This document shows positions 9,459 through 20,342 of a DNA stretch of 64,000 nt, one piece after another. This stretch comes from Lachnospiraceae bacterium. Lineage in GTDB: Bacteria; Bacillota; Clostridia; Lachnospirales; Lachnospiraceae. The notes under the pieces were generated by a model. The model did not search any database and had not been told where the DNA came from. It saw only the letters and a program-made list of their open reading frames with translations. The DNA lies in NCBI GenBank assembly GCA_900766575.1, contig CAAFVW010000116.1, positions 4,438-68,437 of the forward strand, given 5' to 3'. The position numbers and the translations under genes were made by a program. Positions within the stretch are counted from its first letter, which is position 1, and every line of letters starts with the position of its first letter.

Positions 9459-10253
9459 TTACAGCTTGGTTGCATAATCGAGGGAAATCCAGCCATTACG
9501 CTTGTCCGCATAGGACTTCAGAAGGCCCCACTTGGTAGCACCAAGGCCGGTCGCTTCTTCAACGATTGTGAACACCCCAGCCCCAGTGAACTTATACCAC
9601 TTGGCATAGTTCGTACCAGGACCCTTGCGGATATTGAGGTCGGGAATCTTGACCCGAACCTTATACGGCACTTTGCTGGTTGCTGGAGCGGATGGGGTAG
9701 CCTGCTGACTGCCACCGAGATTTGCAGTGACCCTCGCTGCCAGATCACCAAGCCTTGCATAGAGCCAGTTGCCCGGACAGCTTTTGTTCGCAAACCAGCG
9801 GTGAACCGTCAGCACCATCTCATCCGCTTTCGGCTTGTAGTTCAGAGTCTTATTCTTGTCCCCAAGCCAGAGCAGTTTTTTCTTACCGTTCCGCTTGCAA
9901 ACATCGGTGCAGAGCTTCACCAGGGATTCGTACACTGCAGTATTCATCGCATACGGCTCAGACATATCGCTGGCGCACTCGATGGTGATGGCTCTCTGGT
10001 CATTCGCGGCACTGGAAGAACACCAGCTACGGTTCTTCTCTTCCACGCAGAGGGAAATCCGACCGTCCTTGCCAATGCCGTAGTTACAACTTGCCTGCCT
10101 GGACGGACTGGTGAAGCAGCCGCAGATGCTTTCGCAGGAGAGCTGACCCACCACGCAATGTGGCGTGATGCGGTCGATGGAATGGGTTCTCTGCCCAGAA
10201 TGGTTCGGGCTGAGTTTGGTATAAGATACTAGGGAACTGTTCGTGTAAGCCAT
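9459..10253 (-). CDS. Endolysin, N-acetylmuramoyl-L-alanine amidase with C-terminal SH3b-like domain
   Basis: ITPHCVVG, ASCNYGIG, HRWFANKSCPG; C-terminal LNIRKGPGTNY...GWISLDY. Confidence 0.92.
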   Translation of the reverse strand: MAYTNSSLVSYTKLSPNHSGQRTHSIDRITPHCVVGQLSCESICGCFTSPSRQASCNYGIGKDGRISLCVEEKNRSWCSSSAANDQRAITIECASDMSEPYAMNTAVYESLVKLCTDVCKRNGKKKLLWLGDKNKTLNYKPKADEMVLTVHRWFANKSCPGNWLYARLGDLAARVTANLGGSQQATPSAPATSKVPYKVRVKIPDLNIRKGPGTNYAKWYKFTGAGVFTIVEEATGLGATKWGLLKSYADKRNGWISLDYATKL

Positions 10254-10254
10254 A

Positions 10255-10668
10255 TTATTCATCCTCACTTTCCGAGCGGTCATGGAGCTGCTCTAAAACG
10301 GTCTTGATCTTTTCAGGCACAGGCAGACCAAGGTGTGCCGCATTCTCCAGAAGGCTCACGCCCTCATTGGAGATGTAGAAGAAAATGACTGCAGTTCGCA
10401 GGACACTTCCAGTCCCGATAACCTGCACATCAAGGATATTTGCAATCCCGACCAGCAGGAAAATCAGTACCTTACGGCAGATGCCCCGGAACCCCACTTC
10501 ACTGGAGAGAGTCTTGTCGTTGATGGCACACATCACACCCGTGATGTAGTCGATGACTGCAAAGGCAATGAGGGCATAAAGCAGACCATCGCAGCCGCCA
10601 AGGAAGTAGCCGAGCCATCCTCCAACGGCAGTAAAAATAAGCTGAATCGTATTCCAGAATTCTTTCAT
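10255..10668 (-). CDS. Phage holin
   Basis: Hydrophobic segments, DYITG and NEGVSLLEN...GLPVPE; immediately upstream of the endolysin. Confidence 0.9.
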   Translation of the reverse strand: MKEFWNTIQLIFTAVGGWLGYFLGGCDGLLYALIAFAVIDYITGVMCAINDKTLSSEVGFRGICRKVLIFLLVGIANILDVQVIGTGSVLRTAVIFFYISNEGVSLLENAAHLGLPVPEKIKTVLEQLHDRSESEDE

Positions 10669-10743
10669 GGTGTTTATCCTCCTTAAAAATTGGTATTAAA
10701 AAAGCACCTCCGAAGAGATGCTTAATTCTAAGATTACACAGAG

Positions 10744-12153
10744 TCATTCCTCTGTAATGGTATATGTGATTTTCATGGTCTTATCTGCAGTCTTGATCAC
10801 TGGAGAACCGAGGTTATTGATCGTGGCAAGATACGGAGTAAACAAATAAAGTTCACGATATAGGTCGTAATCTGATGAATACCGATACATCCACTCTCTA
10901 ACTGCATACGTCTTATACCTGCTCATCTGGTTTCTCCCCCACTCAATACGACTTGCATCAGGGGTGCCTTGGAGATAAAGTTTTGGCTCACCGTCCAGGA
11001 AATACCAGCCATTAATCACAATGTCATCATCCACAATATAAGTCCAGATACTTGAAGAATTATATGTGATATTCGGCACCAGTTCGATATTTGCCACATT
11101 AGTTGTATCAATACGGTAGACTTTTGTTTCTGTATAACACATCAACCATTTACCACTCATCCCAAAACTATAAAATTCTCTGATACCACTGGGAGCTACA
11201 ATCTTCTGCGTGGTGCATTTATCGCCATCAATACAATCCATGTACCACTCATAATTTACACGGTCGTAATATTCTCTACCACTACTGGTGTAACTGTACT
11301 TAAGGTTTTCACATCTGACTAATCCATACCACTTTCCATCTGTTCCATGATACAGATAATTCCAAATGTCGGAATTGTTACTATAAGGTTCGTCCGTTCC
11401 ATCCTTGCTCCCGCCACTGTAATGACAATATCTCGGATAATGATTCAATTCGATGGATGTTTCCTCACTAGCTTCATAGGCCATGCGCGTCAATGGTCGG
11501 TCGATCAATGTTGCATGAAGATAATCATCCTGAATTTTTCTAAGCGTTGCTTGTGTAGAGTTATTGTGGGTTGTCATCTCCAATCTATATCCTTCACCAA
11601 TATAAATGCGCTTATTGTCTCGCAAACAATATGGCTCATAAATATTGTTTACATTTGTCGACCAGGTTCCGATACGAACCATGTAATTCCCATCATATTG
11701 TGTCCCTTTTCCGGCTAGTGTATTGGATAAACAGATTGCTGAAATGGTTCCGTTTGCCTGGGATGTTGCAAAATCCCATACAAAGCGGTATCCACCATCA
11801 ACCACTTTGCTCTCTGTGAGGTTTCGGCTTCCCCTTCGAATATCCTCGGTATTGTTTGCATCATCCGATGCATAGCCGATTAGCGGATTATTCATTGGTG
11901 CATAGATATTATCCGCCTGCTCTTCTATCGCATTCTGATATAAAAGGATACCACCCATAATGTTTTTCTTTATCGGCAACATCCAATTATCTCCACTAGA
12001 ATTATTAAATCCAGTACTGTTATACAGCATTCCTCTAATATTGCAGTTTAGAACATCCATTACCGCTTCGGTCACCAAGTTGGTATCTTCGTAATGTTCC
12101 ACTCTTCCAGTATGAACATCTGTAAGTTCTATTACGCTTTTTCCTTTTAGCAT
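10744..12153 (-). CDS. Distal tail / putative receptor-binding protein
   Basis: Last gene of the tail module; FVWDFATSQANGTI; C-terminal YLATINNL...KTMKITYTITEE. Confidence 0.65.
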   Translation of the reverse strand: MLKGKSVIELTDVHTGRVEHYEDTNLVTEAVMDVLNCNIRGMLYNSTGFNNSSGDNWMLPIKKNIMGGILLYQNAIEEQADNIYAPMNNPLIGYASDDANNTEDIRRGSRNLTESKVVDGGYRFVWDFATSQANGTISAICLSNTLAGKGTQYDGNYMVRIGTWSTNVNNIYEPYCLRDNKRIYIGEGYRLEMTTHNNSTQATLRKIQDDYLHATLIDRPLTRMAYEASEETSIELNHYPRYCHYSGGSKDGTDEPYSNNSDIWNYLYHGTDGKWYGLVRCENLKYSYTSSGREYYDRVNYEWYMDCIDGDKCTTQKIVAPSGIREFYSFGMSGKWLMCYTETKVYRIDTTNVANIELVPNITYNSSSIWTYIVDDDIVINGWYFLDGEPKLYLQGTPDASRIEWGRNQMSRYKTYAVREWMYRYSSDYDLYRELYLFTPYLATINNLGSPVIKTADKTMKITYTITEE

Positions 12154-12155
12154 TA

Positions 12156-13265
12156 TTATTCCTCCGCATTCAGATAGTCGGTTGTGACAGATTTTAAATA
12201 ACCATCCGCACCGCTGATGATAAACCGATATTTCAATTGTCCTGTGGTAGCTTTCTCCGCCCATGAATCCACGCTGATAGCCTCCAGCGCAACCTTTGAC
12301 ATTCCAGATTTTTCCTCGGACAGCTTTGCCCACACCGCATTGGTACAACTCCACCAAGATTCTCCATTATCAAAAGAAACCGCAAACAATACCTCATCGG
12401 AACAGTCTGCTGTCACTTTCTCAATTCCGAGGATCGTGGAATCTGACATATTAATATTCTCAGAGTAAAGCACTTGTGGGATTGGTATCCCTGTATAATT
12501 TACTTTCAAATCTGGGAAGAGATTCTCAGAATCATGCCAATAAAGTATGGTCGGGTCATGTAGCGTGATGAGCAGTTTTCCATTTGGGATATCCTGCGTA
12601 CCTTGCGTTTCAAATAACTCAGCCGTAAGTTTTGTTTCCACCAACTTAACAAGTGCACCATCTCCTACGGTATAAAGTGCGCCATCTACATCTGAAATAA
12701 GATACCTTCGATTGTACGGATCAAGAAAAACAGGTGCATGATCCATATATTCAAAGCCGTTCCCATTTTCATCCTTTGGCCTAAAAGAAATAACCTTTCC
12801 TGTAAGGGCGGTAAAGGGTATCGTGCTATTGCCAGTTACAAGGCAAGAATCTGCCAGATAACTACTGTTAGTCGGAATTGTATCGAAGTAGATACAGATT
12901 TCCCCAGTATCAAAGAGAATAGCATCCCAGACCATTTTAGTTTCATCATTCCGCTTACCGTGTACAGAATAGCCTTCCCACCGAATTCGGAGGAAGCGAT
13001 ATGTCCCCCAGATTGTGCCTTCCTCTCTTCGGAGTGTCATAAGATCCGTATCTCGGCGGACAATTTTAAGCTGCTCTACATTCTCCCCAAAGCCAATCCA
13101 TGAGTTGCCACTGACATAAAGAGTGGATGCCACTTTCCCTTTATACTGAAACCAGGCAACTCCCTCCACCGTATCTGTTCCATCATCCTGCAGTGAATTA
13201 TTACGAAGAATCTCCATGTGCTCCGTGCTTTTCAGAAGATCTTCAATCCTTCCATAATCAAACAT
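12156..13265 (-). CDS. Minor tail/baseplate protein
   Basis: Position in the tail operon, coupled ORF. Confidence 0.6.
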   Translation of the reverse strand: MFDYGRIEDLLKSTEHMEILRNNSLQDDGTDTVEGVAWFQYKGKVASTLYVSGNSWIGFGENVEQLKIVRRDTDLMTLRREEGTIWGTYRFLRIRWEGYSVHGKRNDETKMVWDAILFDTGEICIYFDTIPTNSSYLADSCLVTGNSTIPFTALTGKVISFRPKDENGNGFEYMDHAPVFLDPYNRRYLISDVDGALYTVGDGALVKLVETKLTAELFETQGTQDIPNGKLLITLHDPTILYWHDSENLFPDLKVNYTGIPIPQVLYSENINMSDSTILGIEKVTADCSDEVLFAVSFDNGESWWSCTNAVWAKLSEEKSGMSKVALEAISVDSWAEKATTGQLKYRFIISGADGYLKSVTTDYLNAEE

Positions 13266-15510
13266 TGCTTACCTCCAGTTCTTCTATATCTGCCATATCT
13301 CCAATCCCCATAGAAAATGCTGCAAGCCGCCCACGGTTAATTTTCTGATTCTGCCCAGAAACTTGTCTACTGAAAGACGTTTTCAGTTTTACCGCATCTC
13401 CGACCTGTTCTGTTAATTCGCTGAATGAAAGATTGCCTGGGTACAGCACCTCCATATTGATAAATGGAAACGTTTCAAATGGCTGAATTGTAAGTGCTGT
13501 CAGTCTATCGAAGTTTTCGGTCGGAATCACAAGCTTCAGCATCCGGCCACGGTCGAGGCGGATACTGCTATTCCCAGAGAGGGCATAGTCCTTACGAAGC
13601 CTAAACACATCCTCGGCAAGAACATATTCTTTCTTGTAATTCATCTTCTTTTTATCATCCGTTTCGACAACATCACGAACGATTGGTGCAAAGAGTCGAA
13701 GCGTGTCCTTCATAGAGCGCATTGGCATTCCGATTAAAGAGATCGATGCCACATGGTCATTTAATCCTGTCTTTTTCGGTGACAGGAAATGTACCATAAC
13801 AACATCCTGCAACGTGTGCGTTGGCATTGAGGAAAGAAGGAGCTTCTTCATTGTCTCTTCTGCCGTGATTTTTCCATCCCAGCGTTCCTGCACACCAAGT
13901 CCTTGACCCGTAATAGTTGCCATAATATTCTGTGCTTCGATATGACCAGCTCCATTTTTCATGGAAATCAACACCTCAAAGGTATGAAGCTGATTCGCCG
14001 TAAGCTCCATAATTGGATAATACAGGGTCAGCAAATGCTTGCCGCTTAGCCACGACTCTTTCGGATGGAATTCTTCCACCTCATGCCCATCCAGCACATA
14101 AAAAACAGAGAGTTCTGTTTTTCCATCCTCATCCCAGGATAGCGGAAACGAAATCACTTTCTTATTTTCAACCGTTGTTCCATTGTCATCAGTCGTTGTT
14201 CCAAGATCGATAGTTGTTTCTGCTGTAAGCGTTCTTGTATCTGGATTACTCTCCACTTGGAGAATTGCTTGAGCATGGAATTCTGCATTAGTCTCATCGC
14301 CGGATGCAAATTCCATATTGATAATCGATAGCTTTTCCGCACCTACATCCAATGCCAATGCATTAGCGAAAGTGTATATACTCAGCTTTGTCTCTCCAAT
14401 AGAATTAATAAGACCTGTGATGTTCTTATCATTTTTGCTCTTGGCTGCTGCCAGTCTTGGATTCTTTCCAACACATTTCACAGTCTGTTTTCCATTGATT
14501 TTCGTGTAAATGGATGTAATTGCAGATTGTTTGGTTTCATCTGCATGACCACCCGTAAATCGAAGCACATCACCAAGATCAAGCGCAGGATTTCCAATCG
14601 TATCTGAATCAAACGGCACGTATTCCACTGATGTGATAACATCAAGTATTGCATTGATGATACGTTTTCTTGTTTCCTCCAGCCCAAACTGTAAAAGCGG
14701 ATTAACACCAAGATTCATCGTCAGCCCATCATCTGGAGATTTCGCATAGTACTCTGCTTTTTCTGTCCTTTTATTCGTGGAACTAACCGCCGTATATCTC
14801 GTAACAAAATCTGAAAAACTGCTACTGAAGCGGTGCCGGATATCAACCGCCATGACTGCTGTATTTCCATAGGCAGAAAGATTTAGTCTGCCGAAACGAT
14901 CAATAATCGCAAAGCACCCAAGCGTCTGTGCTAAATAATAAAGAAAATCGCGCCAAGATTCTATGTCATTATCCTGGTAGATGCCAAGAAGCTCAGTGCC
15001 GTTTGGCATAGCTTCAATCTCCTCTTTTGTCTGGGCAAGTTCTATATGGCAGGCTTTTGATAAAAGAGAAAGGAACTCGTAAGGATACGCACTGGACAGC
15101 CCCTTACTGAAATTCTTATCCAAATTTAACATTCCATCGTAGGCTTTTAATTCCAAGGTCTTGATGCATCGGTTTGCTTCAGCAACATAAAACACACCCA
15201 TCGGTACTTCTTCCTCTGTTTCATCTTCATATACCAGATGGAACGACAGTCTGATTTCTGCTTCCTCCAGAGTATAGCGGTCAATGTCCAAATAAAGGCT
15301 GATTCCCATTTCGGCTGCATACACCGTTCCAAGTTCAATTTCTGTGTTTCCACAGCACTGCCGATTGATGTAACCGGAACCTTTCACAATGTCATCATTT
15401 CCAAACTCATAGGTCTGATTTGTCTTTGTCGTGATGCTGCCCGTCCAGTAAAATGTACGGGTGTTTTTCTGCACCGCTTCCATGAATTTATCGCTGACTG
15501 GATACATCAA
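13258..15510 (-). CDS. Tail hub/spike (Tal-like) protein
   Basis: 750 aa, second gene after the tape measure protein. Confidence 0.65.
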   Translation of the reverse strand: MMYPVSDKFMEAVQKNTRTFYWTGSITTKTNQTYEFGNDDIVKGSGYINRQCCGNTEIELGTVYAAEMGISLYLDIDRYTLEEAEIRLSFHLVYEDETEEEVPMGVFYVAEANRCIKTLELKAYDGMLNLDKNFSKGLSSAYPYEFLSLLSKACHIELAQTKEEIEAMPNGTELLGIYQDNDIESWRDFLYYLAQTLGCFAIIDRFGRLNLSAYGNTAVMAVDIRHRFSSSFSDFVTRYTAVSSTNKRTEKAEYYAKSPDDGLTMNLGVNPLLQFGLEETRKRIINAILDVITSVEYVPFDSDTIGNPALDLGDVLRFTGGHADETKQSAITSIYTKINGKQTVKCVGKNPRLAAAKSKNDKNITGLINSIGETKLSIYTFANALALDVGAEKLSIINMEFASGDETNAEFHAQAILQVESNPDTRTLTAETTIDLGTTTDDNGTTVENKKVISFPLSWDEDGKTELSVFYVLDGHEVEEFHPKESWLSGKHLLTLYYPIMELTANQLHTFEVLISMKNGAGHIEAQNIMATITGQGLGVQERWDGKITAEETMKKLLLSSMPTHTLQDVVMVHFLSPKKTGLNDHVASISLIGMPMRSMKDTLRLFAPIVRDVVETDDKKKMNYKKEYVLAEDVFRLRKDYALSGNSSIRLDRGRMLKLVIPTENFDRLTALTIQPFETFPFINMEVLYPGNLSFSELTEQVGDAVKLKTSFSRQVSGQNQKINRGRLAAFSMGIGDMADIEELEVSNV

Positions 15511-15522
15511 AACACCCCTTTC

Positions 15523-15885
15523 TTAGAACTCATTCAGCGTAAAGGATACCTTCCACAGTCCTTTGTAGGAGGTGTCCTTTTCAAGCTTTGCCTTATATCC
15601 CGTGATATACATCTCGGCTTCTTTCTGCTCCAGCGTTTCCGTATCAAAGAATCGAACGCTGATCTTTGCTTTCTGCTTATACACGGTCAGCTTCTTTAGC
15701 CACCGTGGAGTTACAGAAAAATCAACGGATATGGTGTGAACGCCGGAACGCACCACATCCCGCTGGGTAGTCCCAGCTTCTGTTTCGCCGGAGGAATCCG
15801 TCTCCACATCGTCCATCGCAACATCGTAGGAAGTTGGCAAAGGAAGATCCTCACCATCAAAAACGAGATACTGTATAAATGCCAT
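15523..15885 (-). CDS. Distal tail (Dit-like) protein
   Basis: Directly after the tape measure protein; ends WKVSFTLNEF. Confidence 0.6.
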   Translation of the reverse strand: MAFIQYLVFDGEDLPLPTSYDVAMDDVETDSSGETEAGTTQRDVVRSGVHTISVDFSVTPRWLKKLTVYKQKAKISVRFFDTETLEQKEAEMYITGYKAKLEKDTSYKGLWKVSFTLNEF

Positions 15886-15899
15886 CGGTGCACACCTCC

Positions 15900-18824
15900 T
15901 TATCTGCCGCCGGAACGAAGGCTCTGACGCTTCTGGGCATCCACGATCACTTCGTCCAGCAGGTTATTTCCCAGATAGACTGGAATAGAAATCATGCCTG
16001 TGTTCTGGCTACCCATACCATCCAGTATCTCACGGATACCAGAAAGCAGACTGGACACAGTTCCATCAGACACACCGCCATTGGTACTGCTGCCGCCAGC
16101 CATCTGCAGTGCAGATACCTGCGGATTGATGACCATGTCAGCAGCTACCCCAGACACAGCCTTCTCTACCAGACCACGGCTCTTTTCGATGCCCTTTGCC
16201 AGACCAGACATGAAGTCCGGCATCCAGCTCTCGTAATCCGTCAAAGGTCCTTCGTCCGGGACCGAGAAATGCAGAACGGAACGAATCTTATTTGCTACTC
16301 CTGTCACGGCATCGGTAACTGCGCTGATGCAGGACTTGATACCGTTGACGATACCCATGACCAGGTCTTTGCCCCAGTTGAACGCCTGGGATGCAAGCCC
16401 CTTCACATAGCCGACCGCTTTCTCAAAGCCGGAGTGAATGACCGTGTAGATCTGACCGATGATGCTGCCGATGGCGGATTTTACATTGTTCCAGATACTC
16501 GTGATGACCGACTTGATCGTGTTCATCACAGAAGAAATCATGGATTTAATGCTGTTCCAAGCCGAGGACACTACACCCTTGATGGCGTTCATCACTGTGG
16601 TGACTGCATTTTTAATGGCATTCCACACAGTCGTGACTACACCTTGGATTGCTGTCAGAACTGTAGTAACTACGGACTGAATTGCCGTCCAGACGGTCTG
16701 GAATACATTCTTGATGCCCTCCAGCACAGGGGTAAGGAAAGCAACGATGCCGTTCCAGATTTCCTGTATCTTCTGGGACACAGCCGTGAAAGCCCGCTCG
16801 ATCAGAATACGGATGGCTTCAAATATGGTCTCGAATAAATACCGAAACGCCTCCAGTAGCGGAGAAATCGTATCATAGATGCTCTGCCATACAGAGGTGA
16901 TCGTATTCCAGATCGTGGTCATTACACCGCTGATACTCGTCCACGCCGCCGTGAACACCCCCGTGATGCCTTCCCATAGAGTTGTGAAAAATCCAGAGAT
17001 CACACCCCATACCGTCTGGGCAATACCAAGGATGGACTCCCATGCCGTAGACAGGAACGAGGTGATGGCATTCCAAGCTGTGGTGACCGCCTGCTTGATG
17101 CCCTCCCACAAGTTGATCCAGAGCTGCCGGAACCCCTCGCAGTTATTCCAGAGATAAATGAAAGCTGCAACCAGAGCGGCAATCGCTGCAATAATAAGAG
17201 TGATAGGGTTTGCCAGCATGGTCAGATTCAGCGCGGCAAAGGCTCCCTTCACCACATTGATGGCTCCAGCAATCTTCGGTACGATGGTCATAATCGTACC
17301 AATGGCACTGACCACCTTACCAATCACTATCAACACAGGTCCCAATGCCGCCGCAAGCAATGCCACGGTCATTACGACCTTCTTCGTGCCTTCGCCCATA
17401 CTGTTAAGCCAATCCACGAACTTCTGAATCCAGCCAACAATCGTGCGGATCGCAGGCATGAGCAACTCGCCAAAGGAAATGGCAAGCTCCTCAAGCTGAG
17501 ATTTTAAGATGGTAAGCTGACCTTCCAGGTTATCCTGCATGGTTGTAGCCATCTTTTCTGCGGTACCGTCACAGTTGGTGATGGCACTGTTCAGCTTTTC
17601 AATATCGCTTGGTGCAGCATTCATCACGGCAAGGAAGCCGGACATCGCATTTTTGCCTACCAGAGCTTCCGCATTTGCAGAACGCTCGGATTCGGACATC
17701 TGGGAAAATGCTACTCGGCAATCCGCCAGAATATCTCCAAGGCTTCTCATGCTACCATCCGCATTGGTGGTCTGAACCGTCATCTCGCCAAAGGCAGCAC
17801 CAGAGAATTTGACCTCGCCAGTGAGGTTGGTCAGCATGGTACGCATGGCAGTACCAGCCTGGGAGGACTTGATACCTGCATTCGCCATCAGACCGATGGC
17901 TTCCGCTGTATCCTCCGCAGTGAATCCCAACGCACCCGCAACAGGCGCACAATACTTGAAAGTTTCGCCCATCATGCTAACGTTCGTATTCGCATTGGAA
18001 GATGCTGCCGCAAGAATATCAGCAAAATGCCCTGAGTCTGCGGCAGACAGACCCAGGGCGGTAAGTGCGTCAGTAACGATATCAGATGTGGTTGCCAAGT
18101 CCTCGCCGGACGCTGCGGCAAGGTTCATAATGCCTTCGATGCCGTCCAGCATATCACCAGTTTTCCAGCCGGCCATCGCCATGTAATTCATTGCTTCAGC
18201 GGCTTCGGATGCGGAGAACTTCGTCTTGGCACCCATCTCTCTGGCTTTATCCCGCAGGGCTTCCAGATCGGAACCTGTAGCCCCGGACACTGCCGCCACC
18301 TGGCTCATGGCACTGTCAAAGTCAGCGGCGGTCTTTACTGCTGCCGTACCAAGTGCGGTAACGGCACCTGTGACGGGGAGTAGCTTCTTTCCAGCAGATT
18401 CGATGTTGGAACCTACCGTCTGTAGCTTTTCACCCGTGGCTGAAATCTTCTGCAGGGCAGTCGCAGATTGATTTGCCTGCTCTTCCAAGCGTTTCAGCTC
18501 CTGCTCGGTTTCCACGATCTCACGCTGGAGTCCATCATACTGCTCTTGGGTGATCGTACCGTTCTTCAGAGCTTCGTTTGCCTGTTCCTGAGCGGTTTTC
18601 AGAGTCTGGAGTTTGTTCTTCGTTTCCTCCACGGCTTGTCCGAGCAGCTTATGCTTTTGAGCTAACAGTTCTGTATTGCCAGGGTCCAGTTTCAGGAGTT
18701 TCTCTACATCCTTAAGCTGGGACTGCGTGGACTTGATTTCTTTGTTTACATTTGCGAGGGCCTTGGTAAGCCCGGTAGTATCACCGTTGATCTCAACCGT
18801 GATGCCTTTGATACGGTTTGCCAC
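15900..18824 (-). CDS. Tail tape measure protein
   Basis: ANRIKGITVEINGDTTGL start, TP901-type core (FDSAMSQVAAVSGA...TKFSASEAAEAM) and Trp-periodic repeats. Confidence 0.95.
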   Translation of the reverse strand: MANRIKGITVEINGDTTGLTKALANVNKEIKSTQSQLKDVEKLLKLDPGNTELLAQKHKLLGQAVEETKNKLQTLKTAQEQANEALKNGTITQEQYDGLQREIVETEQELKRLEEQANQSATALQKISATGEKLQTVGSNIESAGKKLLPVTGAVTALGTAAVKTAADFDSAMSQVAAVSGATGSDLEALRDKAREMGAKTKFSASEAAEAMNYMAMAGWKTGDMLDGIEGIMNLAAASGEDLATTSDIVTDALTALGLSAADSGHFADILAAASSNANTNVSMMGETFKYCAPVAGALGFTAEDTAEAIGLMANAGIKSSQAGTAMRTMLTNLTGEVKFSGAAFGEMTVQTTNADGSMRSLGDILADCRVAFSQMSESERSANAEALVGKNAMSGFLAVMNAAPSDIEKLNSAITNCDGTAEKMATTMQDNLEGQLTILKSQLEELAISFGELLMPAIRTIVGWIQKFVDWLNSMGEGTKKVVMTVALLAAALGPVLIVIGKVVSAIGTIMTIVPKIAGAINVVKGAFAALNLTMLANPITLIIAAIAALVAAFIYLWNNCEGFRQLWINLWEGIKQAVTTAWNAITSFLSTAWESILGIAQTVWGVISGFFTTLWEGITGVFTAAWTSISGVMTTIWNTITSVWQSIYDTISPLLEAFRYLFETIFEAIRILIERAFTAVSQKIQEIWNGIVAFLTPVLEGIKNVFQTVWTAIQSVVTTVLTAIQGVVTTVWNAIKNAVTTVMNAIKGVVSSAWNSIKSMISSVMNTIKSVITSIWNNVKSAIGSIIGQIYTVIHSGFEKAVGYVKGLASQAFNWGKDLVMGIVNGIKSCISAVTDAVTGVANKIRSVLHFSVPDEGPLTDYESWMPDFMSGLAKGIEKSRGLVEKAVSGVAADMVINPQVSALQMAGGSSTNGGVSDGTVSSLLSGIREILDGMGSQNTGMISIPVYLGNNLLDEVIVDAQKRQSLRSGGR

Positions 18825-18838
18825 GCAAGGTCACCTCC

Positions 18839-19003
18839 TTAGAATCTGTCCATATCCTCCTGGCTGGCAAGCTGCGGATATTTGTAATCGTCATTGCTAC
18901 TCTCGGCATACATATCATTCACCAGACCTATTGAAAGCAGGTCCAGGTCACGGATAGAGATGCCAAGTTGAACACACCGCAAAAGGAACAGCGGCGTTGT
19001 CAT
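18839..19003 (-). CDS. Tail assembly chaperone T segment (probably reached by -1 frameshift)
   Basis: 54-aa ORF MTTPLFLLRCVQLG...QEDMDRF, missing from the ORF track, in the -1 frame of the upstream chaperone. Confidence 0.8.
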   Translation of the reverse strand: MTTPLFLLRCVQLGISIRDLDLLSIGLVNDMYAESSNDDYKYPQLASQEDMDRF

Positions 19004-19380
19004 TTCGCGCTCACTTTTGCGAAGTTTTTTTTAGACTCAACCTCAGACTGCACATTCAGACCCCAAAGCTCGATGATCTCCGGCAAGACCTGGTAGATGG
19101 AAAAGGTGTTAAACTCGTCCAGCCAATCTTCCGGGGAGTCCGGCACAGCCGTGGGGTCTGCGTGTTTCGCCATGACAAAGGCGATGTTTTCGAACATCTC
19201 CAGAGAGAAAAGGTCAAGGCTGGACTGCTCCTCGCTGGAGGAATCCACAGCCTTCTCCAAATCACGGAGGTCTTTGTAAATATCACGATGGAATTTCAGG
19301 CGATAGATACGGGGAATCGCCGCACTCGCCTTAAACATCACATCCTTGCCATCAATATTGATCTTCTTCGTCATTCCCAT
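19000..19380 (-). CDS. Tail assembly chaperone G
   Basis: Between the major tail and tape measure genes; ends with a slippery ESKKNF. Confidence 0.85.
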   Translation of the reverse strand: MGMTKKINIDGKDVMFKASAAIPRIYRLKFHRDIYKDLRDLEKAVDSSSEEQSSLDLFSLEMFENIAFVMAKHADPTAVPDSPEDWLDEFNTFSIYQVLPEIIELWGLNVQSEVESKKNFAKVSAK

Positions 19381-19398
19381 GATCCTTTACCTCCTCAC

Positions 19399-20022
19399 TT
19401 AAGAGCCGGACTTCGTAGACACAGACTTGGCAGCAGACTGAACTGCGACCTGTGCCTCAGCGGTCGGCATATACACAGCTTTGTACCAGTCGTTGTAGAC
19501 CGTGGCATCGGTGGTGTTGCCAGTTTTGGCCTTGACCATGCCGTTTGCCAGAGGCGTAGCCTTAATGGTCAGCGTCTCGGTCTGCACTTCCTTGCTGTCC
19601 TCATTGGTCTTGCCCTCGATGCCGGGGCGCGATGCAGAGCAGTTGTACAGCACATGGCGGATGTGTTTCTGGTCACCATCGAACTCGAAAAGCAGGGCGA
19701 AGGATGCCAACTCAACTTCGGAGTTCTCGATGAGAACACCCTTGGCATCCAACTTTTCTTTCAGCACATCCGTCCGAAAGCTCTCCGGGATCATGGCAAG
19801 CTCCAGATCGCCGTCATAACCCATGTTGTTATTGATGACATAGTAGGCCACGCCGTCTGCATAGAAGTTCTCCGGCTCGCCATTTGCATCCAAAGAAATG
19901 GATACGGAACCGGGCATCGGAGTCGGTGAAGCGTAAGACACTGCTCCGTCCTCTGCAATCGTCAGCAGGGCGTAGTGTGCATTTTTAAGGTTGAATTTGA
20001 CCTTATTGTTCTTATCAGGCAT
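19399..20022 (-). CDS. Major tail protein (phi13-like)
   Basis: NKVKFNLKNAHYA, FYADG and FALLFEFDGD. Confidence 0.92.
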   Translation of the reverse strand: MPDKNNKVKFNLKNAHYALLTIAEDGAVSYASPTPMPGSVSISLDANGEPENFYADGVAYYVINNNMGYDGDLELAMIPESFRTDVLKEKLDAKGVLIENSEVELASFALLFEFDGDQKHIRHVLYNCSASRPGIEGKTNEDSKEVQTETLTIKATPLANGMVKAKTGNTTDATVYNDWYKAVYMPTAEAQVAVQSAAKSVSTKSGS

Positions 20023-20024
20023 AG

Positions 20025-20342
20025 TTAAACCTCCAATTCATAAAGCACCTCGTACAGATCCTCACTGGCGATCCATACTTCGGTCTTGTTGTAAAACAGT
20101 TCATGTTTAGAAAGCACCGCCTCGATACGGGCTTCCAGTTGCGGATCTTTCTTATCCGTGTATAGCTCCAGATTCAGCCGGGAAATAGCAAAGTACACGA
20201 TGCCATCTGCGGCAAAGTTATCCGAACCCGGATACAGAAAAATCAAAAAAGGAGGGTCTGGTGACTCTCCCTCGGCAAAATGGTCATACGCATGGGGAAG
20301 ACCCATCTCGATGACCATTGCTACTACTTCTTCATGGCTCAT
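20025..20342 (-). CDS. Tail terminator/completion protein
   Basis: Position before the major tail gene; ELYTDKKD and YEVLYE. Confidence 0.75.
   Translation of the reverse strand: MSHEEVVAMVIEMGLPHAYDHFAEGESPDPPFLIFLYPGSDNFAADGIVYFAISRLNLELYTDKKDPQLEARIEAVLSKHELFYNKTEVWIASEDLYEVLYELEV

Noticed and set aside
10744..15510. Diversity-generating retroelement or invertible tail shufflon
   Set aside because: No reverse transcriptase, no template/variable repeat pair and no inverted tail cassettes noticed; a self dot-plot would be needed to exclude fully
16400..17150. Periodic repeats in the tape measure gene
   Set aside because: Ordinary Trp-periodic tape measure repeats
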